A DNA stretch of 64,000 nt, from positions 9,978 to 73,977 of the forward strand of contig CAVVWN010000007.1 of the NCBI GenBank assembly GCA_963752045.1. The letters are read 5' to 3'. A program made the translations under genes and the position numbers. The notes under the pieces were generated by a model. The model made no database searches. It worked only from the letters and a program-made list of their open reading frames with translations, and had not been told where the DNA came from. Below, in pieces: positions 44,408 to 55,378 of the stretch; the stretch's first letter is position 1, and each line of letters opens with the position of its first letter. The DNA is from an uncultured Acidobacteriota bacterium (GTDB lineage: Bacteria; Acidobacteriota; Vicinamibacteria; Vicinamibacterales; SCN-69-37).

Positions 44408-44776
44408 ATGATCGACCAGCTCTACGAAAAGGTCGGCGGCCGCAAGACGATCAACGAGCTGGTACGTCTTTTCTACGATCGCGTGCTGGCCGACCCGCGC
44501 CTCGCGCCCTTCTTTCCCGACGCGGACATGGAGGGCCTGCGAGCGAAGCAGGTGATGTTCCTGGCCCTGCTGCTCGGGCGCAGCCGGACGTACGCCGGAC
44601 GCGACCTGACGGCGGCCCACGCCGGCGCGCGCGCGCAGGGCCTCACCGACGAGCACTTCGACGCGCTCATCAGCCACTTCGCCGCTTCGCTCGCCGAACT
44701 CGACGTCGACGACGCCTACTCGCGGGAGATCATCGCGCGAATCGAGGCGACGCGCGACGCCGTCCTTGGCCGCTGA
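44408..44776 (+). CDS. glbN: Group I truncated haemoglobin (2-on-2 globin)
   Basis: 122 aa: MIDQLYEKVGGRKTINELVRLFYDRVLADPRLAPFFPDADMEGLRAKQVMFLALLLG...AHAGARAQGLTDEHFDALISHFAASL. Confidence 0.85.
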   Translation: MIDQLYEKVGGRKTINELVRLFYDRVLADPRLAPFFPDADMEGLRAKQVMFLALLLGRSRTYAGRDLTAAHAGARAQGLTDEHFDALISHFAASLAELDVDDAYSREIIARIEATRDAVLGR

Positions 44777-44822
44777 GCCCGCAGACGGAACCGGAGACCT
44801 TCGGCCCCCGTAGGGAGAACCC

Positions 44823-45209
44823 ATGACTCGAATCGCCGGCACCATCGTCGCTACCCTGCTCGCCGTGTGCGTGATCGCGGCCGCGCAGGATCTCTCCGGA
44901 GTCTGGACCGGAGTGTTCAACATCACGGTCGACGGAGAGACCCGGCCGGACGTCGTCCACATGGTCCTCAAGCAATCGGGGACCTCGATCACCGGGACGG
45001 TAGGCCCGAACACCGAGAATCAGTGGCCGATCGCGAACGGCAAGGTCGACGGCGCCAAGGTGACCTTCCAGGTGCAGCCGGAGGGCGAGATGGCCCTGGT
45101 CACGTTCTCGCTCACGCTCGCCGAAGGGCACCTCAAGGGCGAGGCTAATGCTCAGGCCGAGGGGCGGTCGTTCAGCGCCGCGGTGGACGTCGCGCGCAAG
45201 GTGAACTGA
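44823..45209 (+). CDS. Small secreted protein of unknown function
   Basis: 128 aa. Signal MTRIAGTIVATLLAVCVIAAAQD, then DLSGVWTGVFNITVDGETRPDVVHMVLKQSGTSITGTVGP...GKVDGAKVTF, a pattern common in acidobacterial secreted hypotheticals. Confidence 0.55.
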   Translation: MTRIAGTIVATLLAVCVIAAAQDLSGVWTGVFNITVDGETRPDVVHMVLKQSGTSITGTVGPNTENQWPIANGKVDGAKVTFQVQPEGEMALVTFSLTLAEGHLKGEANAQAEGRSFSAAVDVARKVN

Positions 45210-45237
45210 AGGCGCGGCCGCCCCGCCGTTCGGCGTC

Positions 45238-45693
45238 TCACGCCCCGGTGGCAATCAATCGCCGGACCGCCTTCTGCCGGTACGCGAAGATGCGGCCGAG
45301 CTGCGCGCGCACGATCGGGTAGGCCGCCTGGCCGACCGGGAACAGAGGGAGTCGCCACTTCACTTCGTCGACGATCACCGTGCCGCCCGGGACGGACTCG
45401 AACCGGTGAAGGTGCACCCATTCGGCGTACGGACCGCGCCGCTGTTCATCCACGAAGGCATGCGGCGGCTCCCACCTCGTGATCTCGCTCTGCCACCGGA
45501 ACGGAATGCCGAAGAGCCGGAGCTGGTAGTCGATGAGCGTGCCCGCCTGAATCACGATCGGCTGCGGCGTCGTGATGCGGAAGCCGAGCTCCGGCGGCGT
45601 GATCCGCTCGAGATTGGCGGCATCCGAGAAAAAGGCAAACACGCGCTCGATCGGCACCGGCAGCTCGAGCCGGGTCTCCAGAAGGTGCGTCAT
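45238..45693 (-). CDS. SRPBCC-superfamily (cyclase/dehydrase-like ligand-binding) protein
   Basis: 151 aa: LELPVPIERVFAFFSDAANLERITPPELGFRI...YQLRLFGIPFRWQSEITRWEPPHAFVDEQRRGPYAEWVHLHRFE. Confidence 0.75.
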   Translation of the reverse strand: MTHLLETRLELPVPIERVFAFFSDAANLERITPPELGFRITTPQPIVIQAGTLIDYQLRLFGIPFRWQSEITRWEPPHAFVDEQRRGPYAEWVHLHRFESVPGGTVIVDEVKWRLPLFPVGQAAYPIVRAQLGRIFAYRQKAVRRLIATGA

Positions 45694-45732
45694 CGACTCC
45701 TCTCCGAGGGCGCGCCGACCGGCGGCCCGGGC

Positions 45733-46878
45733 CTACCGCCGACCCCACGCGGGCGGCACCGACACGAACGATGGATCGAGGTCGGTGACCGCACCGCACC
45801 CCAGCAGCTTCATCGTCCGCACGATGTCCGTCCGCAGGATCTCGAGCGCGCGCGCCACGCCGGCTTCCCCGCCCGCGCCGAGCCCGTAGGCGTACGCGCG
45901 GCCCGCGAGCACGGCCTTCGCGCCCATCGCAACAGCCTTGACGACGTCGCTGCCGCGGCGCACGCCGCCGTCGAGGAGCACGTCGACGCGTCCACCCACG
46001 GCCTCGACGACCTCCGGCAGGACGCGAAGCGTCGCAGCCACTCCGTCGAGTTGGCGGCCGCCATGATTCGACACGACCACCGCATCGGCGCCCGCGTCGA
46101 TCGCCTTCCGCGCATCGTCGGCGGTGTGCGCGCCCTTGGCGATGACCGGGCCCTGCCACGCGTCCCTGATCCACCGGAAGTCGGCCCACGACACCATCGA
46201 CTTCTCGAGCGCCGCCGTGACGTCCGCGTACGCCATCGGGCCTTCGGGCAACACGATGTTCGGAAACTGCATGAGACCGCCGTCCCGATACGTGTCCCAG
46301 AGCCAGCGCGGCCTGGTCACGACCTGCCCGAGGTGCGGCAGGCTCGCCATGCCACCCGTGATGAGCTCCTTGACGCCGTTGCGCCAGTCGCGCTCGCGCA
46401 GGCCCGCCACGGGCGTGTCGATCGTGACGATGAGCGCGCTGTAGCCGGCGGCCTTCGCGCGGGCAATCGCGCCCAGGGCCACGTCCTTCCCGCCGATGAG
46501 GTAGAGCTGGTACCAGGCCGAGCCTGACGTGGCCGACCGCACGTCCTCGAGCCGGCAACCGGACAGCGTCGACAGCGAGTAGATCGTCCCGGCCTTCCCC
46601 GCCGCCCGGGCCGCCTGTTCCTCGCCACGAGGCCAGAACAGCCGGCTGCTGCCGACCGGCGCGCAGATGACCGGCATCGACACGGACTCTCCGCACACCG
46701 TGGTCGACAGGTCGCAGCTGTAGGTGGCCACGGCCGATCGCGGCCGGAGCAGCACCTCGTCGAAGACGCTCTCGTTGTCGCGCATCGTGCGCTCGGTCTC
46801 GGCGCCGCCGTCGATGTAGTCGAAGACGGCTCGCGGCAGGCGGCGCTTCGCGATGAGCCGCAGATCTCCAATCGTCAT
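45733..46878 (-). CDS. FMN-dependent alpha-hydroxy acid oxidase/dehydrogenase (L-lactate dehydrogenase / glycolate oxidase family)
   Basis: 381 aa: LIAKRRLPRAVFDYIDGGAETERTMRDN, LIVTIDTPVAGLRERD, VVSNHGGRQLDG, GSDVVKAVAMGA. Confidence 0.87.
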   Translation of the reverse strand: MTIGDLRLIAKRRLPRAVFDYIDGGAETERTMRDNESVFDEVLLRPRSAVATYSCDLSTTVCGESVSMPVICAPVGSSRLFWPRGEEQAARAAGKAGTIYSLSTLSGCRLEDVRSATSGSAWYQLYLIGGKDVALGAIARAKAAGYSALIVTIDTPVAGLRERDWRNGVKELITGGMASLPHLGQVVTRPRWLWDTYRDGGLMQFPNIVLPEGPMAYADVTAALEKSMVSWADFRWIRDAWQGPVIAKGAHTADDARKAIDAGADAVVVSNHGGRQLDGVAATLRVLPEVVEAVGGRVDVLLDGGVRRGSDVVKAVAMGAKAVLAGRAYAYGLGAGGEAGVARALEILRTDIVRTMKLLGCGAVTDLDPSFVSVPPAWGRR

Positions 46879-46911
46879 GCGCGTGAGCCAGATGGTTCGA
46901 AGACATGCCCG

Positions 46912-47670
46912 TCACTCCCAGCGAAACACGCGCGCCGACACGGCCGTGAACACCGCGAAGCATGCGGCCAGTCCGGCCACGTCTCCAACATGCGCCGTCC
47001 ACGGCTCGCCGAGGAGCGTGCCTTTGAGCAGCGAGACGGCATAGGTCGTCGGCAGCAGGCGCGACACGAGGTCCAGACCGCCGGGCAGGTCGTCCACCGA
47101 GACGAAGAGCCCGGAGATCGACGAGCATCGGGTAGAGCACGATCGTGCCGATCGGCTGCGCGAACCGCGCCGTCGGCACGACGCTCGCGATGACGAACCC
47201 GAGCGAGAGGATGCTCACGGTGCTGACCAGCGAGCGCCAGCGCCGAAGCTCGACCACGGCACGTCGAGGTCCACCGGGTAGTAGCGCCGGCCGACCAGCA
47301 GCCATGAGCGCCAGGGTGACGCGCCGTGAAGAGCAGCTTCACGAGCGACGTGCGCGCGTCGAGGATCGTCGGCGGGCGGAGCGGCGTCGCGCGGAGCCGC
47401 TTGAGGATGCCGCCCTCGCGATAGATCGCGATGATGGTGACGAGCGAGAGCACGGCGCTCACCGCGATCAGCATGGCCGCGAGCACCGGCACGTCGACGC
47501 GTGAGGTACTCGACGCCCGGATCGGCCCGCGTCGCGCCGTCAGCCCGAACTGCGCCCGAGCACCAGGAAGAGCACCACCGGCATCGCCGACGGTGCCGAT
47601 GAGGCCGAGCGGCTCGCGCACGAAGATCTTGATCTCGAGCCAGGTCAGGTTCCAGCAGTCCGCGCAGCAT
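46912..47670 (-). pseudogene. ABC-2-type transporter permease, at least 3 frame breaks as given
   Basis: Genuine-looking pieces lie in three frames: MLRGLLE.. (start 47670), VPVLAAMLIAVSAVLSLVTIIAIYREGGILKRLRATPLRPPTILDARTSLVKLLFTA, and the C-terminus DDLPGGLDLVSRLLPTTYAVSLLKGTLLGEPW...AVSARVFRWE (ORF 46912..47097). Confidence 0.65.
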
Positions 47671-47679
47671 CGTCAGTCC

Positions 47680-48617
47680 TCAGTCCCGGATCGAATGGCC
47701 GGTCAGCTTGAGGAACACGTCCTCGAGCGTCGGGCATCACCGTGCGGAAGTCGCGTGACGCGAATGCGGCGGTCGGCCAGACACGTGGATCACGCTCGGT
47801 CACGAGGTCGTCGCCGCGCGCCGCGCACGAGCGAGGTCGCGTCCGGTCCGCGTCACCGCGATCGATGCCGGGAATCGCGCCCGAGGACGCCGCCCGCGCG
47901 CCGTCACCGGTCGCTCGAGACACGACGGTGCGCTCCGGGCAGTGCCGCCGGACGAGCTCGGCCGGCGCGCCGATGTCCACGATGCGCGCCGTGCTCGATG
48001 ATCGCGACGCGATCGCACAGCCGCTCGGCCTCTTCCATCAGGTGCGTCGTCAGGAACACGGTCTTGCCGCGCTCGCGGATGCCGGTGACCAGCGTCCCAG
48101 ATCGCGCGCCGCGCCTGCGGATCGAGGCCGGTCGTGAGCTCGTCGAGGAACACGACCTCGGGGTCGTTGATGAGCGCGAGCGCGATGAACAGCCGCTGCT
48201 TCTGGCCGCCGGAGAGCGTCATGAACCACGCGTTGCGCTTCTCGGCAAGCCCGAGCTGATCGAGCAGCCGGTCGCGCATCCACGGGCGTCGGGTAGAGCG
48301 ACGCCCACAGGTCGACCGCCTCGCGGACCTTGATGCGCTTCTGCAGCTGCGCTTCCTGGAGCTGCACGCCGATCCGCTCCTGCAGCGCGTAGCACGTCCC
48401 GGACGCGGGTCGAGCCCGAGCACCGTCGATCCGGCCGGCGTCGGGCGCCCGCAGGCCCTCGACGCATTCCATCGTCGTCGTCTTGCCGGCGCCGTTCGGC
48501 CCGATCAGGCCGAAGATCTCGCCGCGCCGAACCTCGAACGACACGTCGTCGACGGCCACGCGTCCGGCCGTACGCCTTGCGCAGATTCGCGACGTCGACG
48601 ACAGTCTCGGCAGCCAT
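47680..48617 (-). pseudogene. ABC transporter ATP-binding protein, at least 6 frame breaks as given, all motifs otherwise intact
   Basis: Pieces by frame: [19 protein letters not shown] | [43 protein letters not shown] (Walker A) | VLGLDPRPG | [33 protein letters not shown] | [58 protein letters not shown] (signature, Walker B) | [35 protein letters not shown] (own translation) | [21 protein letters not shown] | PTLEDVFLKLTGHSIRD-stop at 47680-47682. Confidence 0.72.
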
Positions 48618-48640
48618 CACACCAGGTGGGCTGGATGCCC

Positions 48641-48682
48641 GATCCCCAGATTCCCAGATTCCCAGATGCTCTGAGATTCCAG
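48641..48682. repeat. CCCAGAT/TCCCAGA 7-mer array (same family as the 4031-4120 hairpin)
   Basis: Read directly: GATCCCCAGATTCCCAGATTCCCAGATGCTCTGAGATTCCAG. Confidence 0.7.
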
Positions 48683-49033
48683 TTGTTCACGTCGCGTGCC
48701 GCGACGCCCGCACCCGACGAACAGGCCTGTGGCGGTACCGGACGCCAGGGCCGGGGGACCGTGGAGACGTGGAGCCCGTGGAGGTGCGCCTCCACCCCGT
48801 GTCGTCAACCGGTCGCCGTGGCCCCGTCGGGGCCGACCGGGCGCCGACGAGCCGCCCCGTCCTGCGCCGGTCCCCCGACTCGGCGGCTCATCGGCGCCCG
48901 GTCGGACCCGACGCCGGCGGCCGGAGGCCGCGCGAGCGCGGCTCGCGGCCACGGCGACAAAGCGCTGCCGCGGCTTGTGGTCGCCAGAGGCCCTCCATGC
49001 ACTCCACGTTCTCAACGGTGGCATTTTCGTAGC

Positions 49034-49055
49034 AGATCCCAGGTTCCAGATTCCC
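49034..49055. repeat. Short copy of the CCAGATTCC 7-mer motif, in direct orientation relative to 48641-48682
   Basis: Read directly: AGATCCCAGGTTCCAGATTCCC, 15 nt downstream of the ggt stop (ggt is on the minus strand). Confidence 0.6.
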
Positions 49056-49069
49056 CCGTGACGACGGTT

Positions 49070-50767
49070 TCAGTACCCAATGGCCAGCCCGTCCTTGCGC
49101 GGATCGGATGAGGCCGCCCATCCTCGCGGCAGCTTCATGATCATCTGCGCGCCGCCGAAGTCGGTGCGCGACTCGTCGGCCAGCTCGTGGCCGAGTGCCA
49201 CGAGCGCGGCGCGCACGGCGTCACCCATCGGTGATTCGATGGCCACGCGCAGGCCGGACAGGTGCCGGAAGCGCGGCGCGTCGTTGGCCTGCTGCAGGTC
49301 CATGCCGAAGAGCAGCACGTTCAGGAGCACCTGCACGTGCCCCTGCGGCTGCATCGCGCCGCCCATGACGCCGAACGACAGGAACGGCTCGTCGCCCAGC
49401 GCGTCGCGCAGCACGCCCGATTCGCGGGTCGTCTTCGTCACGAACGCGGGAATGATCGTGTGGAACGGCCGCTTGCGCGGCCCCACGGTGTTGGCCAGCC
49501 CCTCGGTCATCGTGAAGCCCGTGCCTCGGTCGTGCAGGAGCAGGCCGGTGCCCGGCACGACGATGCCGGAGCCGAAGTAGTCGTAGACGGAGTTGATGAG
49601 CGACACCATGTTGCCGTCGGCGTCGGCGGCCGTGAGGTAGATCGTGTCGCTCGCCGTCATGGCCTCGCCGGGCTCGACGCGCTCGGCGGCCCGCGCGGGA
49701 TCGATGAGCGCGCGCCGCCGGTTCACGAACGCGTCGTCGAGCAGTTGCTCCGGCGGGATCTTCATGTCGGCGGGCTCGCCGACGTAGTGCTGGATGTCCG
49801 CGTAGGCCAGCTTCTTCGCCTCGACGAGGTGGTGCAGGTAGGCGGCCGAGTTGTGCCCCATCGCCGTCAGGTCGTACGGCTCGACGAGTCGCAGCATCTC
49901 GAGCGCCGCGATCCCCTGGCTGTTCGGCGGCAGCTCCCACAGCCTGTAGCCCTTGAACGGCACGGACACCGGCTGCACCCACTCGACCTGATGGGCGCGG
50001 AAGTCCTCCGGCGTCAGGAACCCATCGAGCGCCTGGACGTGGGCGGCCACCTGGCGGCCGAGCTCGCCTCCATAGAGATGACCGGGACCGAGACGGCCGA
50101 CGTCGGTGAGCGTCCGGGCCAGATCGGGATTACTGAACCACTCCCCCGCCGCCGGCGCGCGCTCGCCGTCGATCAGGAACGTGGCGCGGGCCGCTTCGTC
50201 GCGCCGGAGCAGGTTCACCTGCGCAGCCCAGTTCCTGGCGATGATCGGCGTGACCGGAAAACCCTCCCGCGCGATGCGGATGGCCGGGGCGAGCGCCTCG
50301 CCGAGCGAGAGCGTGCCGAACTTCTCGAGGAGCGCGGCCCAGCCCGAGAGCGCGCCGGGCACCGTGACCGCCTCGGCCCCACGGGTGACGCGCGTCAGAC
50401 CGCGCGCCGCCAGGGCCTCGCGCGTCATGAGCGACCCGCTGCGCCCGCTGGCGTTGAGCCCGTGCAGCCGGCGATCCTCCGCGGACCACACCATCGCGAA
50501 GAGGTCCCCGCCCATGCCCGTCATGTGCGGCTCGACGACCGCCAGCACCGCCGCGGCCGTGACGGCGGCGTCGATGGCGTTCCCGCCACTCTGCAGCACC
50601 GCGAGCCCGGCGGCGCTCGCAAGCGGCTGGCTCGTCGCAATGACGCCGCGCGGCGCGTAAACCGTGGAGCGCCCGGCCAGCGTGGTCGGCCGCTGTGCGG
50701 CCGGATGTGCGACCACGGCGATGCCGGCGACCACAGCCAGGAACCAGCCTCGAGCTCTCACGCGCAT
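49070..50767 (-). CDS. ggt: Gamma-glutamyltransferase
   Basis: 565 aa from the ATG at 50767 (GGGAGGG RBS). Signal MRVRARGWFLAVVAGIAVVAHPAAQ, VIATSQPLASAAGLAVLQSGGNAIDAAVTAAAVLAVVEPHMTGMGGD, and the processing-site region SDTIYLTAADADGNMVSLINS...GSGIVVPGTG. Confidence 0.9.
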   Translation of the reverse strand: MRVRARGWFLAVVAGIAVVAHPAAQRPTTLAGRSTVYAPRGVIATSQPLASAAGLAVLQSGGNAIDAAVTAAAVLAVVEPHMTGMGGDLFAMVWSAEDRRLHGLNASGRSGSLMTREALAARGLTRVTRGAEAVTVPGALSGWAALLEKFGTLSLGEALAPAIRIAREGFPVTPIIARNWAAQVNLLRRDEAARATFLIDGERAPAAGEWFSNPDLARTLTDVGRLGPGHLYGGELGRQVAAHVQALDGFLTPEDFRAHQVEWVQPVSVPFKGYRLWELPPNSQGIAALEMLRLVEPYDLTAMGHNSAAYLHHLVEAKKLAYADIQHYVGEPADMKIPPEQLLDDAFVNRRRALIDPARAAERVEPGEAMTASDTIYLTAADADGNMVSLINSVYDYFGSGIVVPGTGLLLHDRGTGFTMTEGLANTVGPRKRPFHTIIPAFVTKTTRESGVLRDALGDEPFLSFGVMGGAMQPQGHVQVLLNVLLFGMDLQQANDAPRFRHLSGLRVAIESPMGDAVRAALVALGHELADESRTDFGGAQMIMKLPRGWAASSDPRKDGLAIGY

Positions 50768-50916
50768 GCTGCCCTCCCGAAGGTGAAGGTGACGAGCTTC
50801 AGATCCTACTCGCCGCTTTGATTCGACGCCATGCTTTCGATGCAGCGACGCCGCGATTCCGACAGAATAGTGAGAGGTTGTCCGATTCGCCATCACCCCG
50901 CCCTCGAGCCCCACGC

Positions 50917-53900
50917 ATGAGACGAGCCAGGCGATTCGTCGTCGCCGCGGCCGCACTGGCTCTGCTCATGGTGGCCGTGGTGCATCTGCCGTTCTCGACC
51001 GCGCTCGTCCTCGAGTGGATGACGGGGTGGCTGCGACGATCTGCCGGCATCGAGCTGTCGTCCTCCGCCCTGCGCTACAACCTGTTCACCCTCTCGGTGG
51101 AGCTCCGGGACGTCCGAGTCGCCTCGACGGCGACACCCGACGATCCCTTCGCCACCGCGAACCGGGTCGAGGCCGATCTCGGATGGCGGACGCTCATGGG
51201 CCGATTCGACCTGCGTCGCCTGGAGATCGATTCGCCGAGCTTCACGGTTCGGCGCGAGCAGGACGGGTCCGGCAACCTGCCCGACTCGGGATCGGAGCCG
51301 ACGAGCCCCACGGCCCCGGCATTCACCCTTCCCGACGTCTCGGTCGAGGACCTCGCTGTCGAGGTGACTCTTCCCGGCCTGGCTGTCAGCCTCCAGAATG
51401 CGTCTGCCACCGTCACGAGCCCGTCGACCGGCGTCATCGATCTCGACCTCCGGGCCACGGCGGGCGTGTCGCTGACGACCGGCGAGACGACCATCACGGC
51501 CGACGCGGCTGCCGCGCGGGCGCGGTACGACGGGCGCGCCATCTCAATCGACGAGTTCTCCGCCACGCGACCCGGCACGTCGGTGACCGCCACGGGATCG
51601 GTCGATATCGCCGGCGACGATCCGCAGATCACGATCGACTTCGCCGGTTCCACGGACCTCGCATCCTGGACCGCCGAGGCCGTCGAGGCCGACCGAATCA
51701 GCGGACGGGTCGAGGGACGCGGTCAGCTGACCGGCGCGCGCTCGAGTCCCGCAGTCATCGCGGAGTTGACCGGCGAGAATCTCGGCTGGTCGACCCTGGA
51801 AGCCGCGTCGGCGAGCGCGAACGGCACGTTCCGCGATGGCGTGCTCGAGGTCGACACGCTCACGGGCAGGCTGGCCGGCGGCTCGGTGGACGGCCGCGCG
51901 CGCATCGCATTCGCCGCCGACAGTGAGCCGAGCACGGCAATTGTCAGCTGGTCCGGTGTGGATCTCTCCGAGATCGCTGGTGGCACCGGGCTGAAGGCCG
52001 GCGTGCTGGCCTCCGGGCGTGCTGCGGTCGAATGGCAGTGGCCCGGCGGACCGGCCGCGACGGTGCGCGCGCGCCTTGATGCCGATGCCCGGCTGACGTC
52101 GGGTGATCAGGCCGTGAATCTCACCGCGAACGCCTCGGGTACCGGAGCCGACTGGCGCGTGGACGTCGAGTCAGCCGACGGCGACGAGACGGTACTCCGG
52201 GCCGGCGTCAACCTGACCCTCGACGACCGGGCCTGGACTGACTCGGCGATCTCCGGAGCGGCGAGCCTCGCAGCACCCGACATCCAGCGCGTCCTGCGAA
52301 TCCTCGACGCGGCCGGCATCCCGCTCGGCGCATTGGATATCTCGTCGGCGTCGGGTTCGGCGGCGCTCGCGGCGACGCTCGACGGCACGCTCGAGGCATT
52401 GACCGTCGCCGGCAACCTCGAGGGCCGGTCCGTCGTCCTCGCCGGATCGCCCCCGGCGCATGCGACAGCCACGTTTGCACTGGCCACCGGTGACGGCACG
52501 TCAACCGGACAATTCCAGCTCGACCTGCCCGACCTCGCGCCCTGGGCCGGCGCCGTGTTTCCCGAGCTCGGCCTGCGCGGCGGGTTGACGGCCACTGGCG
52601 GGTGGTCGGGCCCCCTCGACGACCCGACTGCCATCGTCGACCTCGCTGGTCGAGAGCTAGTGGCGAGCGGCATCGAGATCACCAGCCTCAGCGCCAACGG
52701 CAGCGCGAGCGTGGCGGCCGTCGACATCCTGCGCGCTGAACTGCATGACGCCGGCGGCGGTGTTCTCACGTTCGAGGGGCGCTACGACCTGGTCACCAGA
52801 CACCTCTCGATCACCGCCAGCGGCTCGGGCCTCCAGGCGACCTTTCCAGCCGCGCCAGGCACGCTCACCGACGCGATGACGTTGTCTGACGCGTCGATGT
52901 CGGCCACCGTCGAGGGTCTCGTCGAAGACCTGAGCGGCGAGGCCGCAGTGTCGGTTCGCTCGGTGCGCGCAGGCACACAGGACCTCGGCACGGTCGACAT
53001 CGACGCGACATTCGCCAACGGCACGGCGGCCCTGCGCCTGCGCGTGCCGGCTCTGGGCACGACCGCTCAGGCGAATGTCGACCTCACGGCGCCGTACACG
53101 TTCACCGGCAGTGGCACGCTGGATTCGACCGAGCTCGCCAGGGTGGCGCGCGCCGCGGGCCTGTCGCTCGAAGACCCTGCCGATCTCGCCGGTTCGGTGG
53201 ACGGGTCGATCGACTTCAGCGGGCAGCTCGGGGACGGCTCCGCCCTGTCGGCCACCGTGGCCCTGACGCCGGCCGACGTCGTGCTCTTCGGCGTGCCGAT
53301 ACAGGCGCAGGACGGCCTTCGGCTGATTGTCGCCGACGGCCGTATCGGCATCGACCGCGCTCGCGCTGCTCGTCGGCGACGTCTCGATCGACGCCACGGG
53401 CGAGGTCGGCACGGGTGCTGCTGCCGAGGGGTCGCTGCAACTCGACGTCAACGGCAGATTGGAATCGCTCGGTCCGTGGCTCGCCCGTTTGGATCGGCCA
53501 AGTCCGTGGGCGACCGACGGCCGGATCGCGGGCCGCCTGGAGGCCGTTCGAACGGCGTCGGGTCTCCACGTGACCGGCACGGTCGAGTCGGCAATTGCCA
53601 GCGTCCGCCACGGCGACGAGTCCATAGCCGACGATCTGGCGCTCGCGTTCGAGCTCGACGGCACGCGGGTACATCTCCGCCAACTCACCGGATCGCTGTT
53701 GTCGGGTCAAACGGACATCACGGGAAGCGCGCCTCTCGCCTGGCTCAACGAGTGGCTCCCGGCCAGCGTGCATCTGGCGTCTCCGGCCGTCGACGAACCG
53801 GGCGTCGTCGACGGTACGTTCACATTCGACGTCGCCGCGGCGCTCGCCCGTGCCGACGTACCGCTCCAGCAGGAGGTCGGCGGTATCGTCAGCGTCACGG

Positions 53901-55378
53901 CCAGGCTGAGCGCGACCGCGCTCACGCTCGAGGCAGCCACGGGCGACATCACCATCGACCGCGGCGAGATGACCACGCTCAACCGGACGTTCGCCCAGGC
54001 CCAACCGACGGTTCTGCGACTGGCTGGGCGCCAGCTGATCGTCGAGACGCTGGACTGGAGAGGCCAGAGTGGCGACATCGCCGGGGGCGGGGCGATCGGC
54101 CTGGCGGCCGACGTCGACACGAACCTGAGCTTCGTTTTCGACACGACGCTGCGGGTGCTCGATGCGTTCGTTCCCGGCCGCTCGACCGGCACGATCCGGG
54201 GCACGCTCGACGTCGGCGGACATCCGGGCGACTGGTCCGTCGCGACGGAGGTGACACTGGCCGACGCCAGCTGGCTGCTTCCCGAAGCCCGCCTGTTCTT
54301 CGCCGACTGGTCCGGCCAGATGCAGGTGACCGACGAGGGCGTCGTGGTGTCGGCCCTCGAGGGGCAGCTCAATGGCGGCACGATCACCGTGACCGGACGG
54401 CTGCCGTTCGGGACGGGACCGGAAGGTGACGGCCTGACGATTGTCGCGCGAGAAGTTCTGCTCGACATTCCGAAGGGGCTGCACAGCCAGGCCGTCGCCG
54501 ATCTCCGATGGATCCCACGCGACGGCGCGTCCGTGCTCGCCGGGTCGGTCACGCTCACCGCCAATCGGTATCGGGAGCCCGTCACGCGCATGCTCGAGAT
54601 GGTCGACACACTCTCGAGGTCGAGCCGCGGGAGCGCCAGCGAAGACAGCGCGCTGCCCGACTGGCTGGCCTCGACCACGCTCGACATCGCACTGAGCGTC
54701 ACCGATCCGGTGATTCTCGACAACAGCCTCGGCACCGTGGAGTTCGTGCCGGACCTGCGCCTCACCGGCACGGTTGGCAGCCCGGCTCTTGCCGGCGACA
54801 TCGGCGTGCTCGACGACGGCCGCATCAGCATCGGCGGTCGACGATACAGGCTGCGCGAGAGCCGGCTGCGCTTCGTGCCCGCCGAGGGACTGGCACCCAC
54901 ACTGGATGTGGTCGGCGAAACCCGTGTCGGCGACTACGACGTCGTGTTGCGCATCTCGGGCAGGCCGGATCAGATCGAAACCAGCTTCAGCTCCTCGCCG
55001 CCGCTCAGCGAGCGCGACCTGCGGTCGCTCCTCGTCACCGGACAGGTCGAAAGCGCAGGCACGTCGTCGGACGAATTTGCCCTCGAGGCCGCGTCGACCG
55101 ACATCCTGGGCCTGGCGGGCAAGTTCGTCGGGCTCGATTCGGTCCGGCTGGGCGCCGCCGACCTCGATATCGTGTCGAAGGACGCGCGGACCGCGCAGCA
55201 CCTGACCGTGTCGAAGTCGTTCGGCCGCATGTTCGAGCTCATCCTCTCGGAGAACCTCGAAGACGGGCCGCTGACATGGGTCGTGGTGTGGAAGCCGTTG
55301 ACCGGATACGAGTTCCGGTTCGCGTCAGTCGAGAACACCGAGACAACGGTCGAGTTCCGGCAGGAGCTGCTGTTTGGC
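50917..55378 (+). CDS. tamB: TamB-like (AsmA-family, DUF490 C-terminus) inner-membrane-anchored translocation/assembly protein; one frame break as given near 53340-53360; no stop codon at its natural end
   Basis: Start MRRARRFVVAAAALALLMVAVVHLPF (signal anchor) ...LEIDSPSFTVRREQDGSGNLPD. The first frame is good up to ...LRLIVADGRIGID, and the next frame continues ...ALALLVGDVSIDATGE. The DUF490-type end reads DYDVVLRISGRPDQIETSFSSSPPLSERDLRSLLVTGQ ... LTVSKSFGRMFELILSENL...TTVEFRQELLFG. Confidence 0.78.

Noticed and set aside
48577-49121. Several 120-160-aa ORFs in both strands within the 48.6-49.1 kb gap
   Set aside because: All are P/R/G/A-rich, mutually overlapping, and lack RBS or any motif. 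The region is treated as non-coding repeat-bearing DNA.
53216-55201. 661-aa minus-strand ORF opposite the TamB-like gene
   Set aside because: It is antisense to conserved DUF490-type sequence and has no recognisable features.
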